This document shows positions 21,094-32,298 of a stretch of 41,769 nt of DNA, piece after piece. Source of the stretch: Ionaspis alba. Taxonomy: Eukaryota. The notes under the pieces are model-generated. The model had not been told where the DNA came from. It was given only the letters and a program-made list of their open reading frames with translations, and searched no databases. The first letter of the stretch is position 1; each line of letters opens with the position of its first letter. The DNA lies in contig CAXUUL010000060.1 in NCBI GenBank assembly GCA_964255285.1, positions 1-41,769 of the forward strand. Direction: 5' to 3'. The translations under genes were made by a program, and so were the position numbers.

Positions 21094-22218
21094 ATGACTT
21101 CATACGCATTGCTGGACCAAACAGAGGAAGGTAAAGACAACTTCACTGCCTAGTCTCGTTCTTTTATACTGAAATTCGTAGATGCACTCCACAAATCGCG
21201 CCTGCTGAATGTCGAGGAGAAACCATTCAGGCGCATTACCAAACGGCTTTTGACCCCAGACTCTCTCATCGCAAACCCACCGAGACTTCCGCTTACGCCT
21301 CCGCCAGACGCATCTGCGGCTGATGAAAAAGCTGCTGCCGTCGAGGCGGAGAAACAAAAACAGCTCGAAGAACGACGTCAATTCCGCGAGGACGTTATTC
21401 TCGATTTTGCAGCATTCGAGAGCAGTATAGTCAGAATACAGTTCCTTCTAACCAGTAATGTGAAGGAACGGGAACGTTATGCTGCCGAAAAATTACGGAT
21501 TCAAGCTACCGCACAAGAGGTCCGAGAGAACACAGCAGAGCTTCGGGTACAACTAGAAGAGGCGCAAAAGACCTTGGCCTTGAGGAAGACGTATGATGAG
21601 CTGGCCGAGAGGATTACGAACAACAGATTACTTCGGCCAAGGGAAGATCAACATGCAAATCTTGAGAAACTGAATGCCGAAATTTGGGATCTGGAAAGGG
21701 AGAGTAAGAACTATGCTGAAACCTGGGCGGAAAGACGACAGCAGTTTGGTCGGATTATTGAGGAAGGCATGCAACTTCGGCGGCTAATACGGGATGAGAA
21801 AGAGGAAGTGGAGCGAAGAGAAGGCATGGAAGAGAGAGAAGAGGGCGATGACGGTGACGCTGGCTCCTTGAGGGGAAGAACTAGCGGTATCGCCACCCCT
21901 ATGCACGATGTTGGGCGTTCAACGCCCCTTCATCCAGGCATTGATGGTGACGGTGGTATGTCGGGACATCTTACAGTCGATTCAAATTCGAATCGTCGAT
22001 CGAAGTCGCCTCTGCGGATGTTCGAGGCTGTCTCGGACTCCGAGACGAACAAAGCACAGGAAGGTGAAGACATCAATATGGCAGAAGATGGGGAAGTATC
22101 TGTACATTCGCAAATCATACCAGCACCGGAAGAAGGGCTGATTGCCACCGATGATGATGAGGCGGGAAAACATGAGCAGAGTCTCACTAGTAGCGGCGAC
22201 CAAATGGATACCACTTGA
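21094..22218 (+). CDS. THO7: THO complex subunit 7 (THOC7/Mft1 family); exons 21094-21130 and 21182-22218
   Basis: MTSYALLDQTEE|DALHKSRLLNVEEKPFRRITKRLL...FREDVILDFAAFESSIVRIQFL...ERERYAAEK...TWAERRQQFGRIIEEGMQLRRLIRDEKEEVERREGM. The 51-nt intron is GTAAAG..TAG. Confidence 0.88.
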
Positions 22219-22374
22219 TGGGCAATGTGCACATGGATGTCATGTTCCACGTATTATCTAACGGAGTCTGACGGGAGGGAGTGATACCCCACGACAGTAG
22301 AAAGATATATGAATAAAGACTCCTTGTGATATCTGCTTAGACGAACATAGTGGGGTATCTTAAGAACATTTGCA

Positions 22375-22871
22375 TCATGCCGCCTGTGTTTGGCTTTCCT
22401 TCGCCTCGGCCAAAACTTCCTTTGCCTTTGCGACTTCTGCCGGATCGCTGTCCGATGAACCTTCCTCAACAGAATCCTACAAAGTAAGATCAGTAAACGG
22501 CCATGTCCCGTCTTGATAGAAGAGTTTCATGACCCCAGATTAGGGGCGAGACTCACAAGCTGCATCTCCAAATTTGCTATAGCTTGCACAATCTTCTCTT
22601 TTAATGGCGGGAGCACAGCTTTCGTCTCGTCAATTGCCTTCTCCTACGCGTGATATAAGCATCAATACATAGAAAGTAGGTCGCAGAGTAGTTTGAAAGT
22701 CTGTCTTACCTGCTGTTTCAAAGTGTATTCAAAGTTCTCATCACCACCCTCCTTTTTCAATGTCTCTAACCGCGTCTGTTGCTCTTGTAATTCTTTGTGA
22801 TAGGAGGACTCCTCCTTGATGAGGCGAAGAGCAGAAGAAGTGGCTATAGAGAGTGAGGAAGGTGGAGGCAT
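22375..22871 (-). CDS. RBL2: Tubulin-specific chaperone A (TBCA/Rbl2); exons 22871-22710, 22643-22557, 22476-22375
   Basis: MPPPSSLSIATSSALRLIKEESSYHKELQEQQTRLE...ENFEYTLKQQ|EKAIDETKAVLPPLKEKIVQAIANLEMQL|DSVEEG...EVAKAKEVLAEAKESQTQAA*. Two canonical introns. Confidence 0.9.
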
Positions 22872-23098
22872 TGCGACAAGGCAGCAAAATTAACAAACCT
22901 CAACTCGATTGTATAAATTTGCGGGCCTCAGTTGCCCCTCAGAACACCTGAAGTGCTGTTCAAACGGCGTCTGCTCGGGAAAGTTGCCGACAGCGCTAAA
23001 CCTTAAATATTTCTCGCGGCGAAGCGCGTCTCGAACATCTTGCACTGACCCTTCGTCTTGCATCAACTTCGGATGTGAGACTACAGCACAACTACAAA
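22872..23098. promoter_or_regulatory. Compact divergent (bidirectional) promoter region between RBL2 and PRP6
   Basis: Only 227 bp separate the head-to-head start codons. Confidence 0.6.
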
Positions 23099-26083
23099 AT
23101 GTCAGGGCGCAAAAGCTTTCTGGACCAGCCGGCTCCAGAGAACTATGTTGCGGGCTTGGGGAGAGGTGCGACCGGGTTCACGACCCGGTCGGACCTGGGT
23201 CCAGCAAGAGAAGGACCCAGCGAAGAGCAGATGAAGGAACTGCTTGCTAGACGCGCAGCACAGCTTGGGGCAGCACCGCCTACAGCTTACGGAGCGACAG
23301 AGAAGAAGGACGACGACGATGATGGCGATGAACGTTTTCAAGATCCAGACAATGAAATCGGCTTGTTCGCTAGTGGCGCGTATGATAGGGATGACGATGA
23401 AGCAGACAGGATCTACCAGGAAGTCGATGAGAAAATGGACCGGAGGCGGAAAGCACGAAGGTTGGTCCGCTTCTCTCTTTATCCCCTACTATATCCTCCC
23501 CGTGCCTGTGAAGCATATAATTTATCGTATGCCTTGCATTTCTTTGCGCAGATTACCGACTTGAGATCCATCGATACGTATAGGGAAGCCCGAGAAAAAC
23601 AAGAACAAGAAGAATACGAACGCAACAACCCGAAGATCCAGCAGCAATTCGCCGACCTTAAACGATCACTCGCAAGTGTGTCCGACGAAGACTGGGCAAA
23701 TTTACCAGAGGTTGGGGATTTGACTAAGAAAAATAAGAGGACCAAGCAAAATGCCAAGCAAAGGTTTTATGCTATTCCAGATAGCGTCATAGCTGGAGCA
23801 AGGGATTCCACGCAGTTCGATACTACTGTCCACGATGATAGCGCGGCCACGAACGGATCCAGTGGAGATAACGTTGATGGGACGATGACAAACTTCGCAG
23901 ACATCGGTGCCGCTCGTGATAAGGTTCTGAAGGTGCGACTTGATCAGGCTGCCCAAGGTTCTGGTACAGACTCTGTCGCCGGTAGTGCCACAAATATCGA
24001 CCCGAAAGGGTATCTTACGAGTCTTAGCAAGACGGAGATCAAGGCAGGAGAGGTCGAAGTTGGCGATATCAAGCGAGTCCGGGTGTTGTTGGAGTCGGTC
24101 ATCAAGACGAACCCGAAACACGCTCCTGGCTGGATCGCGGCAGCACGCTTGGAGGAAGTGGCTGGCAAGATTGTGGCAGCCAGAAATGTCATTGCTAGAG
24201 GCTGTGAATACTGCCCGAAGAGTGAGGATGCTTGGTTGGAGAACATTCGCTTGAACGACAATTACAATGCCAAGATCATCGCGGCAAATGCAATCAAGAA
24301 CAACGATAGATCCACAAGGTTATGGATAGAAGCTATGAAGCTCGAAACGGATCCCAGAGCCAAAAAACGTGTTTTGCGACGAGCTATAGATCATATTCCT
24401 CAATCGGTGGCCATTTGGAAGGAAGCGGTCAATCTGGAAGAAGATCCAGCAGATGCACGTCTACTGCTCGCGAAGGCTACTGAAGTCATTCCATTATCTG
24501 TCGAGTTATGGCTCGCACTTGCACGACTGGAGACACCCGAACAAGCGCAAAAAGTTCTGAACAAGGCACGAACAGCTGTACCAACAAGCTACGAAGTCTG
24601 GATTGCTGCGGCAAGATTACAGGAGCAGATGGGCACCGCTGGAAAGGTCAATGTGATGAAGCGTGCTGTTCAATCATTGGTCCAAAATTCGGCAATGCTA
24701 AAGAGAGAAGAGTGGATTGCTGAGGCAGAGAAATGTGAAGAAGAAGGGGCTATTCTTACCTGTGGCGCTATCATCAGGGAAACACTCGGGTACGGCCTAG
24801 ACGAGGACGATGACCGCAAGGAGATCTGGATGGACGAAGCCAAGCAAAGCATGGCTCGTGGAAAATTCGATACCGCTAGAGCCATATACGCGTATGCATT
24901 GCGAGTTTTCGTCAACAAGAAGTCCATCTGGTTAGCAGCGGCGGATTTGGAGAAGAACCATGGTACAAAAGAAGCACTTTGGCAATTGCTTGAGAAAGCT
25001 GTCGAGGCATGTCCACAGAGCGAAGTGCTATGGATGCAACTTGCGAAAGAGAAGTGGCAATCTGGCGAGATTGATGACGCTCGCCGTGTATTGGGCAAAG
25101 CATTCAACCAGAACCCGAATAATGAGGATATTTGGCTTGCCGCCGTCAAGTTGGAAGCAGACAACAAACAGACCGATCAAGCGCGAGAATTACTCCAGAC
25201 AGCCCGACAAGAGGCTGGCACGGACCGGGTTTGGATTAAGAGTGTGGCCTTTGAGCGACAGATGGGTGACGATGAAGCAGCTCTCGACCTTGTCAACCAG
25301 GCACTTCAGTTGTACCCGAAAGCCGACAAGCTATGGATGATGAAAGGGCAAATATACGAAGCTGCCAATAAGCTGCCCCAGGCACGAGAGGCGTACAACA
25401 CAGGCACAAGAGCCTGCCCCAAGTCAGTTCCTCTGTGGCTACTTGCGTCAAGGCTGGAAGAAAAGGTTGGTGTCGTGGTGAAAGCGAGATCAGTCCTTGA
25501 TCGTGCCCGTTTGGCTGTCCCAAAGAGCGCGGAATTGTGGACTGAGAGTGTCCGAGTTGAAAGGAGAGCAGACAATGTAGCTCAAGCCAAAGTTTTGATG
25601 GCAAAGGCACTACAAGAAGTGCCGAATTCGGGACTGCTATGGAGCGAAAGCATATGGTATCTGGAACCACGGACACAACGCAAACCTCGAAGCTTGGAAG
25701 CTATCAAAAAGGTTGATAACGATCCAATCCTCTTCGTTACAGTGGCACGCATTTTCTGGGGCGAAAGACGGCTCGAGAAAGCTTCAACTTGGTTCGAGAA
25801 GGCCATTCTCCTAGATAGTGATCTCGGAGATACTTGGGCATGGTATTACAAGTTCTTACAACAACATGGCACAGATGTAAGTCAAGACAACCGGCTTGGA
25901 AGCTCGATCGTTCTCTTTGCTGACTTCGTGAAGGAAAAACGCAAGGATGTGGTCTCTAAATGCGTGCTCAGCGAGCCGAAACATGGGGAGCTCTGGCAGA
26001 GCATTGCAAAGCATCCCAAAAACTATTCTAAAACGACGGAGGAAATTCTGAAGCTCGTTGTGAATGCTTTGGACAAAACTTGA
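23099..26083 (+). CDS. PRP6: Pre-mRNA splicing factor Prp6 (S. pombe prp1; U4/U6.U5 tri-snRNP, HAT/TPR repeats); introns 23461-23583 and 25877-25933
   Basis: MSGRKSFLDQPAPENYVAGLGRGATGFTTRSDLGPAR, NPKIQQQFADLKRSL, TNPKHAPGWIAAARLEE, many HAT repeats, and C-terminal EPKHGELWQ. Removing the two introns restores RRKAR|REAREK and QHGTD|EKRKDV. Confidence 0.96.
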   Translation: MSGRKSFLDQPAPENYVAGLGRGATGFTTRSDLGPAREGPSEEQMKELLARRAAQLGAAPPTAYGATEKKDDDDDGDERFQDPDNEIGLFASGAYDRDDDEADRIYQEVDEKMDRRRKARRLVRFSLYPLLYPPRACEAYNLSYALHFFAQITDLRSIDTYREAREKQEQEEYERNNPKIQQQFADLKRSLASVSDEDWANLPEVGDLTKKNKRTKQNAKQRFYAIPDSVIAGARDSTQFDTTVHDDSAATNGSSGDNVDGTMTNFADIGAARDKVLKVRLDQAAQGSGTDSVAGSATNIDPKGYLTSLSKTEIKAGEVEVGDIKRVRVLLESVIKTNPKHAPGWIAAARLEEVAGKIVAARNVIARGCEYCPKSEDAWLENIRLNDNYNAKIIAANAIKNNDRSTRLWIEAMKLETDPRAKKRVLRRAIDHIPQSVAIWKEAVNLEEDPADARLLLAKATEVIPLSVELWLALARLETPEQAQKVLNKARTAVPTSYEVWIAAARLQEQMGTAGKVNVMKRAVQSLVQNSAMLKREEWIAEAEKCEEEGAILTCGAIIRETLGYGLDEDDDRKEIWMDEAKQSMARGKFDTARAIYAYALRVFVNKKSIWLAAADLEKNHGTKEALWQLLEKAVEACPQSEVLWMQLAKEKWQSGEIDDARRVLGKAFNQNPNNEDIWLAAVKLEADNKQTDQARELLQTARQEAGTDRVWIKSVAFERQMGDDEAALDLVNQALQLYPKADKLWMMKGQIYEAANKLPQAREAYNTGTRACPKSVPLWLLASRLEEKVGVVVKARSVLDRARLAVPKSAELWTESVRVERRADNVAQAKVLMAKALQEVPNSGLLWSESIWYLEPRTQRKPRSLEAIKKVDNDPILFVTVARIFWGERRLEKASTWFEKAILLDSDLGDTWAWYYKFLQQHGTDVSQDNRLGSSIVLFADFVKEKRKDVVSKCVLSEPKHGELWQSIAKHPKNYSKTTEEILKLVVNALDKT

Positions 26084-26522
26084 GGATCAACATGAAGGGT
26101 CTCACTATTGAAGACGCTGCTGGCTTATGGAAGTCACTCTGAGGAAGGACGCCCGCCAGAGCCTGTAAGGAATAGAGACGGTACCCCCAGCGAGGGCGGG
26201 GTTTGGTGCAGGACATTTGAGGGAGATCGTGATATGTAGATAATTAGAGAGCGCCTGCCAGAAATGAGCCGCGGATTTGGTAAACATTTGCATTTTAGCA
26301 GAATAATATACCTTGAAATAAAATGGAAGGCAACAACGCCAGCCTCAAATCCGTTGGCGTACGTCGTCTTGACAACTCAGTCTCCTCTCTATCCGTCACA
26401 TAGGCAACAATAAACACAAGTATTGCTCGTGATCTGTGCAAGCTGGACTGCCATCTGCCTTTCTAGGCTACGAATGTCCTCGGCATAACACTTCTAGCCC
26501 TATCTCTAGACTGCCAACAGGC

Positions 26523-28514
26523 ATGTCCATTAAGTCGGGTGAGAAAGGTCAAATTGGGCTTCATGCCTACCTGGGACTGACACATTCAGATGCTATCTGG
26601 GCTCCTTGCCCATCCACGGAGCGCGGAAAGCCCACGCAACTATCCACCTCTCCAAATGGCGAACGGATAGCCTACGCAGTATATAAACCCCAGCACCTTT
26701 TGGAGCCTCAACTTACCGTCTGACCTGAGCCCTTCCGCAGAACAACAAGTCTATCTTCCTCCGCTCTATCGATAACCCTTCCATTAGCACACAGTACCAA
26801 GGGCACACTGCAGCCACCACTGTCGCCCGATTCTCTCCATCTGGGTACTACGTCGCTAGCGGAGATGCCACGGGGACCGTCAAGGTCTGGGACTGTGTCG
26901 GGGAAGGGGCTACAAAAGGGGACTATCACGTTCTTGGGTCTGGAAGGATCAATGATCTTGCTTGGGATGGAGATAGCCAGGTAGGTTCAGATATACAGCA
27001 TCAAATGCTCTGCAGAGGTTGATGGCTTTCGCCAGCGATTGATTGCCGTCGGTGATGGTAGAGAACGATTTGGCCATTGCATCACTGCAGACAGCGGGAA
27101 CTCCGTTGGGGAGATCTCTGGACACAGTTCGCAGATCAATAGCATTTCCATACGACAGCAACGACCAATCAGAGCCGCAAGTGGGAGCGATGATACCAAT
27201 CTCGTCTTCTACAACGGCGTACCATTCAAGTATAACACTAGTCTACGTGGCCAGCACAATCGATTTGTCTACGGAGTTGCTTTTAGTCCAGATGGCTCTA
27301 GTCTTGTCAGCGTAGGCGCGGATAGCAAGATCTGGCTCTACGATGGGAAAACGGGAGAGGTGAAGACCCAAATTGGTGCTGGGGAGCACAAGGGAAGCAT
27401 CTTTAGTGTTTCGTGGTCGAAAGATTCGAAGCGTTTCGTTACTTCGAGTGCGGATCAGACCGTACGAATATGGGATGCGGAGGCCGGCAAACTGACACAA
27501 ACATGGCGGTTAGGAGAAGAAGTTTCAGTCAGTGTTCCGGACCATCAAGTCGGTGTCGTTTGGCCAGCAGGCAGGTCAGACGGACTGGTTATCAGTCTAA
27601 GTCTTTCGGGTGACCTTAATTATTTGACGGAAGGCGCACAACGGCCCCAGAAAGTTGTTCAAGGGCATCAAAAGAATATTACGTCTCTAAGCGGTAGTAT
27701 CGGATCTAAAACCCTCTGGAGTGGAAGCACTGATGGTCGTGTTTGTTGCTGGGACACGGCCACGGGTACTGGTGAGAAGGTGGATGGCGAGAGTCACTCG
27801 AATTACGTCTCTGGCATATCAGTCTCTCCAGAGAACCGTATCTACAGTGTTGGCTGGGACGATACCATCCGTTCGATGGATATATCAGCAAAGACGTTCA
27901 CTGGAGCCTCGCAGAAGACAGATGGCCAGCCGAAAGGGGTCGCCGCCATTGGCAAGCAAGCTGTGGTGGCAACTCACAAAGGGATCGAGATATTCACTGA
28001 TGGACAAAAGTCTGGAGAGCTCAAGACCAAATACGCAGCTTCCACTGTCGCGGCATCTGAGAAACTTGTCGCTGTTGGCGGCGATGATAACACGCTGCAC
28101 ATATATGCAATGTCCGTAGGCAAGCTATCAATACAGAAAGAGTTGCCGGAATCAATCTCTCTAATCACAACCTTGGCTTTCTCGCCGGACAGTGCCATGC
28201 TCGCAGCTGGCTTCTCGAACGGCAAGATCAACGTCTACAAGTGCGCAGACTGGTCGGTCACTATCAGCCGGTGGTCAAGTCATACAGCGCGAGTCAGCTC
28301 GATCGCTTGGAGTTCATCAGGAGCCTACGCCGTGTCCGGTGGACTTGACTCCAACATCTTCGTATGGAGTGTAGATAAGCCAGGCATGAGGGTCAGTGTG
28401 CCGAATGCGCACAAAGACGGAGTTAATGGGGTCGCGTGGATTGACGATGAGCGGATTGCTAGTGCTGGCGGCGATAGTGCTGTGAAGACCTGGAAAGTTT
28501 CTGGGCTTCCTTGA
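26523..28514 (+). CDS. AIP1: Actin-interacting protein 1 (WD40 double beta-propeller); exons 26523-26538, 26590-26678, 26741-26980, 27036-28514
   Basis: Spliced N-terminus MSIKSDAIWAPCPSTERGKPTQLS...IAYA|NNKSIFLRSID...TTVARFSPSGYYVASGDATGTVKVWD...INDLAWDGDSQ|RLIAVGDGRERFGHCITADSGNSVGEISGHS, plus RQQRPIRAASGSDD. These are typical of Aip1/WDR1. Confidence 0.93.
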
Positions 28515-28937
28515 GCACTCACGACCTTGGTAGACGACATAGAAATGAAGTATTCGTCAGTATCGAGCTTTCTGTCCTCCACGAGCCATAAATGAAGCAC
28601 TTTGAACAGTTCCTAGATATGAAGGATATTTGTGACAAAGCGACAGCAGACTGAATTTGCGTCCATAATCTAGCACAAAGTAAGAGTGTTCATAGTACTT
28701 CTGTTTATCACCAGTAGTCCCAACAAGCTTGAATCAGAGTGCCAACGTTTACAATGTTTGTACTGCGAATCGTTGAGGTTATGGAGAAGTCTTGGCGCTG
28801 TTGGTGGTCTTCGACATAGCCGACACGATTGTTGCTTCCCAACTCCCATGTGAGGAAAGTACAAAAGGGTTCCAACCTCTCCACGCATGTTTCTCATAGT
28901 TTCGAGATGCGTTCTGCGTGATCATGGTTGATCCAGG

Positions 28938-31900
28938 ATGAGTTCTAGCAGCAATGGCGTTATTACGCTTCCAAAAACTCGCCGCTTCATGCGGGCGAAT
29001 GTGAGTGGGAATCCCTTTGGTCCTCTAGAGGACGTGTAAACTAATTGTTGATTGATTGACAGCTGCGCAATGCGACTCTCATACTTCCCAAGACGGGCGA
29101 GCGTGTTAAGCGCAGTGTCACACTCCGAGATCCGGCATCTCTGGACGATGTAAATAACGACGAGCCAGGAGATCGCTCACCGCTGCTCCCTCGTACCAGG
29201 TCGCGGAAAGTTCGGGTCAGCAAAGTACGGATGCTGCGGGATGAGTGCACGATTCAGCTCAATAAAGCATGGAGATTTCTCAAATCCGAGACGGGGCAAG
29301 GAATCCTCAAGTGCAGTCTGGCATACCTGATTGGGAGCATGGCGACCTTTGTCCCGTTCCTTTCGGACTTCCTGGGTCAGCAGGATGGTAAACATATGGT
29401 GGCTACAGTCACAGTCTACTTTCATCCTGCGAGATCGCAAGGCAGCATGTTCGAAGCTGTCTTCCTGGCCCTAGTTGCTTTTGTTTACGCGGCCTTCATC
29501 TCCTTTACTAGCATGGGCGTTTCGATGTTCTTCGGCCAGACCTTGGATCACGTCGTACTCGGCCACATAGTTGTACTAATAGTATTCTGTGGAGGAGGAC
29601 TCGGCCTCGTAGGCTGGGCGAAGCAGCGACTCGGCAATCCCTTGGTCAACGTCGCCTGCTCATTGACCTCCCTAGCTATAATCACGGTCTTGACGAAGGA
29701 AGGCGCTGTACAGGCAGCAGAGTTCTCCGACGACAAAGTTGTGCAGGTCATGAAGATGATAAGCATGGGTGTCATAGCTACTACCGCCGTGTGCTTTATA
29801 ATAAAGCCAATTTCGGCAAGAAAGAAACTGCGACAGAACATGATAGATGTCACGGATTCCTTCGGGGATATGCTTGCAATGATTACACGAGGTTTTCTGA
29901 CTGGTTCAGAGGAGGAGTTAGAACAGCGCGGTTTTGTGGCAGCATCAGATCAGTATCGGAAAGTGTTTGATTCGTTGAAGAAGAACCTCAGGGAGGCAAA
30001 GTACGAGCACTACGTCCTTGGTACCGAAGCCGAGTATCACCTGGAAGCGAAACTTTTCAACTGTATGCAGCGAATGGCACAAAACATTGGAGGGTTACGT
30101 AGTGCCGCAACGACTCAATTCAGCTTGCTATCCCAGGCCGGCTCGGCAGGCGGAGCGACTCCCATTACATCCATCTACACACCTATCAGTCTTGGTCAGG
30201 CGAATTTTGCCAAAGTGGATAGTTGGATGTCGAACCAGGAGAATTACGGAGTCTTGACTGCAATCGATGAGAGTCCTGAAGAAGACGAGTTTCCTCCAGT
30301 GGCAACCGAAGCGGCAGAACATCCAGGTGATGGACAGAGTGGTCTACCTACAGTGCGATCGCCAGTTGAGATATTTGAAAGGTTCATCATGCATCTTGGA
30401 CCTTCAATGGTACGTTCTCCATCACGATGGCTACATATTCGGAGCTAACCCTACTCGGTAGAAATCGCTGGCCTACACCCTGAAGCAGATCCTCGATGAA
30501 CTACCATATGGGCCAGCCCCAGATTTCAAAATTGCCGTAAACACTCACTTCCGCTCAAGCCTTGTTGAAGCAGTAGATCTGTACAGCAACGCTCGGGACG
30601 AAGCTTTGGCGCTTCTGTACAGGAACAAAGATCTCAATGCAGCTCGTCCTATGGAGCTTGAGGCAGATTTCGAGGAAGTCGCTGCCAGTTGTGGTCACTT
30701 CAGTTTCTCACTCCAAGACTTCGCTGAAGAGATGAGAACATATCTCGACATTTTGGACGAACTCAAGAGAGAGCCGGAAGATGGTGATAGGAAGAGGACG
30801 TGGACATGGTTGAAGTTCTGGAGGAAGAAACAAGACGCAAGGAGCGAAGGGAAGAAAGAAGACCTAGAACACGAGAATCTTATCAATTCAGGACCGGAAC
30901 TTGACCTACGTGCGGAGATGCCAAGTCCGCTGGAAAGAAACACCGTGTCCAGTTTTGATCCGGAAAAGCCATTCCAGAAACAAGCATTCAGCTATCGAGT
31001 CTGGAAAGCTTTGCGAATCTTCAGACGAGATGAGACGAAGTTTGCCATCAAGGTCGGTGTGGGCGCTGCGCTGTACGCTTTACCCTCCTTCCTGATCTCG
31101 AGTCGATCATTTTATGCCCACTGGCGAGGGGAATGGGGACTTCTGTCTTACATGTTGGTCTGCTCTATGACTATTGGCGCTTCGAACACAACTGGCTTCG
31201 CGAGATTTTTTGGTACCTGCTTGGGAGCGCTGTGTGCCATTGTCGCATGGCTGGTCTCGAATGGAAATGCAATTATACTTGCCGCATTTGGATGGGTAAT
31301 GTCTACGACCGGATTCTATATCATCGTTGCCAAAGGCAAGGGTCCAATGGGTCGATTCATCATGCTTACTTACAATCTATCTGTTCTGTACGCCTACTCG
31401 CTATCCGTCCGAGACGACGAAGACGACGACGATGAGGGAGGTATCGACCCGAATATCACCGAGATCGCACTCCACCGAGTTGTTGCCGTGCTTTCCGGTT
31501 GTCTTTGGGGTCTCATTGTGACACGACTTATTTGGCCAATCAGTGCTAGGAGCAAATTCAAGGAAGGACTGAGCCTCCTCTGGCTGCGAATGGGTCTTAT
31601 CTGGAAACGCGATCCGCTTGCTACACTCCTGGAAGGCGAAGCGCCGAATGCTTACATGAATCTTCGTGAAGAGTTTGAGTTACAACGCTTCCTGTCGAGG
31701 TTGGAGAGTCTTCGAAGCAGTGCTGCTTCGGAGTTTGAGCTGAGAGGACCGTTTCCAAGCGCAGCGTATGGTAAGATACTGCAGTGTACTGGAAGGATGC
31801 TTGATGCTTTTCACGCCATGAACGTTGTCATCATGAAAGATCTCAAGGCTTCGAAGGGCGAGGCGCAAATTCTCAAGTACACTGTAGGTGAGAGAGCGCA

Positions 31901-32298
31901 GCTTTGCGCAAGAATCAGTCATCTGTTCCAAGGTACGTCTTTCTTGCGGGTATGAAGGCAGCTCTCTCTAACCTCCTCGAAGTGCTCGCTTCTTCGATGA
32001 AGCTTGAATTCCCTCTCAACGACGCCTTACCAAATACTGAGCATGCGCGAGATCGTCTGCTTGCCAAGATATTCAAGTACCGACGAAACGACAAATCAAC
32101 CAATGGAACGACTGACGAGGACTACGCTCTTCTTTATGCCTATGGTTCGTAGTTCCAATCAATGTCATATTGCTACATTTGTCTAATTATCATATAGCTC
32201 TAGTCACTGGCCAGCTTTCCAAGGAGATCAGAGAAGTCGGACAGGAGATTGAGAATCTTTTTGGCGTTTTGGACGAGGACACTCTCAAGCTGCAGTAA
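28938..32298 (+). CDS. ArAE/FUSC-family (fusaric acid resistance-like, aromatic acid exporter) multi-pass membrane protein; exons 28938-29000, 29063-30409, 30462-31932, 31983-32144, 32198-32298
   Basis: ILKCSLAYLIGSMATF, HMVATVTVYFHPARSQGSM, FAIKVGVGAALYALP, WRGEWGLLSYM...TIGASNTTG..RFFGT, HRVVAVLSGCLWGLIVTRLIWPISAR and EFELRGPFP. Four introns keep the frame to the C-terminal LFGVLDEDTLKLQ*. Confidence 0.87.
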
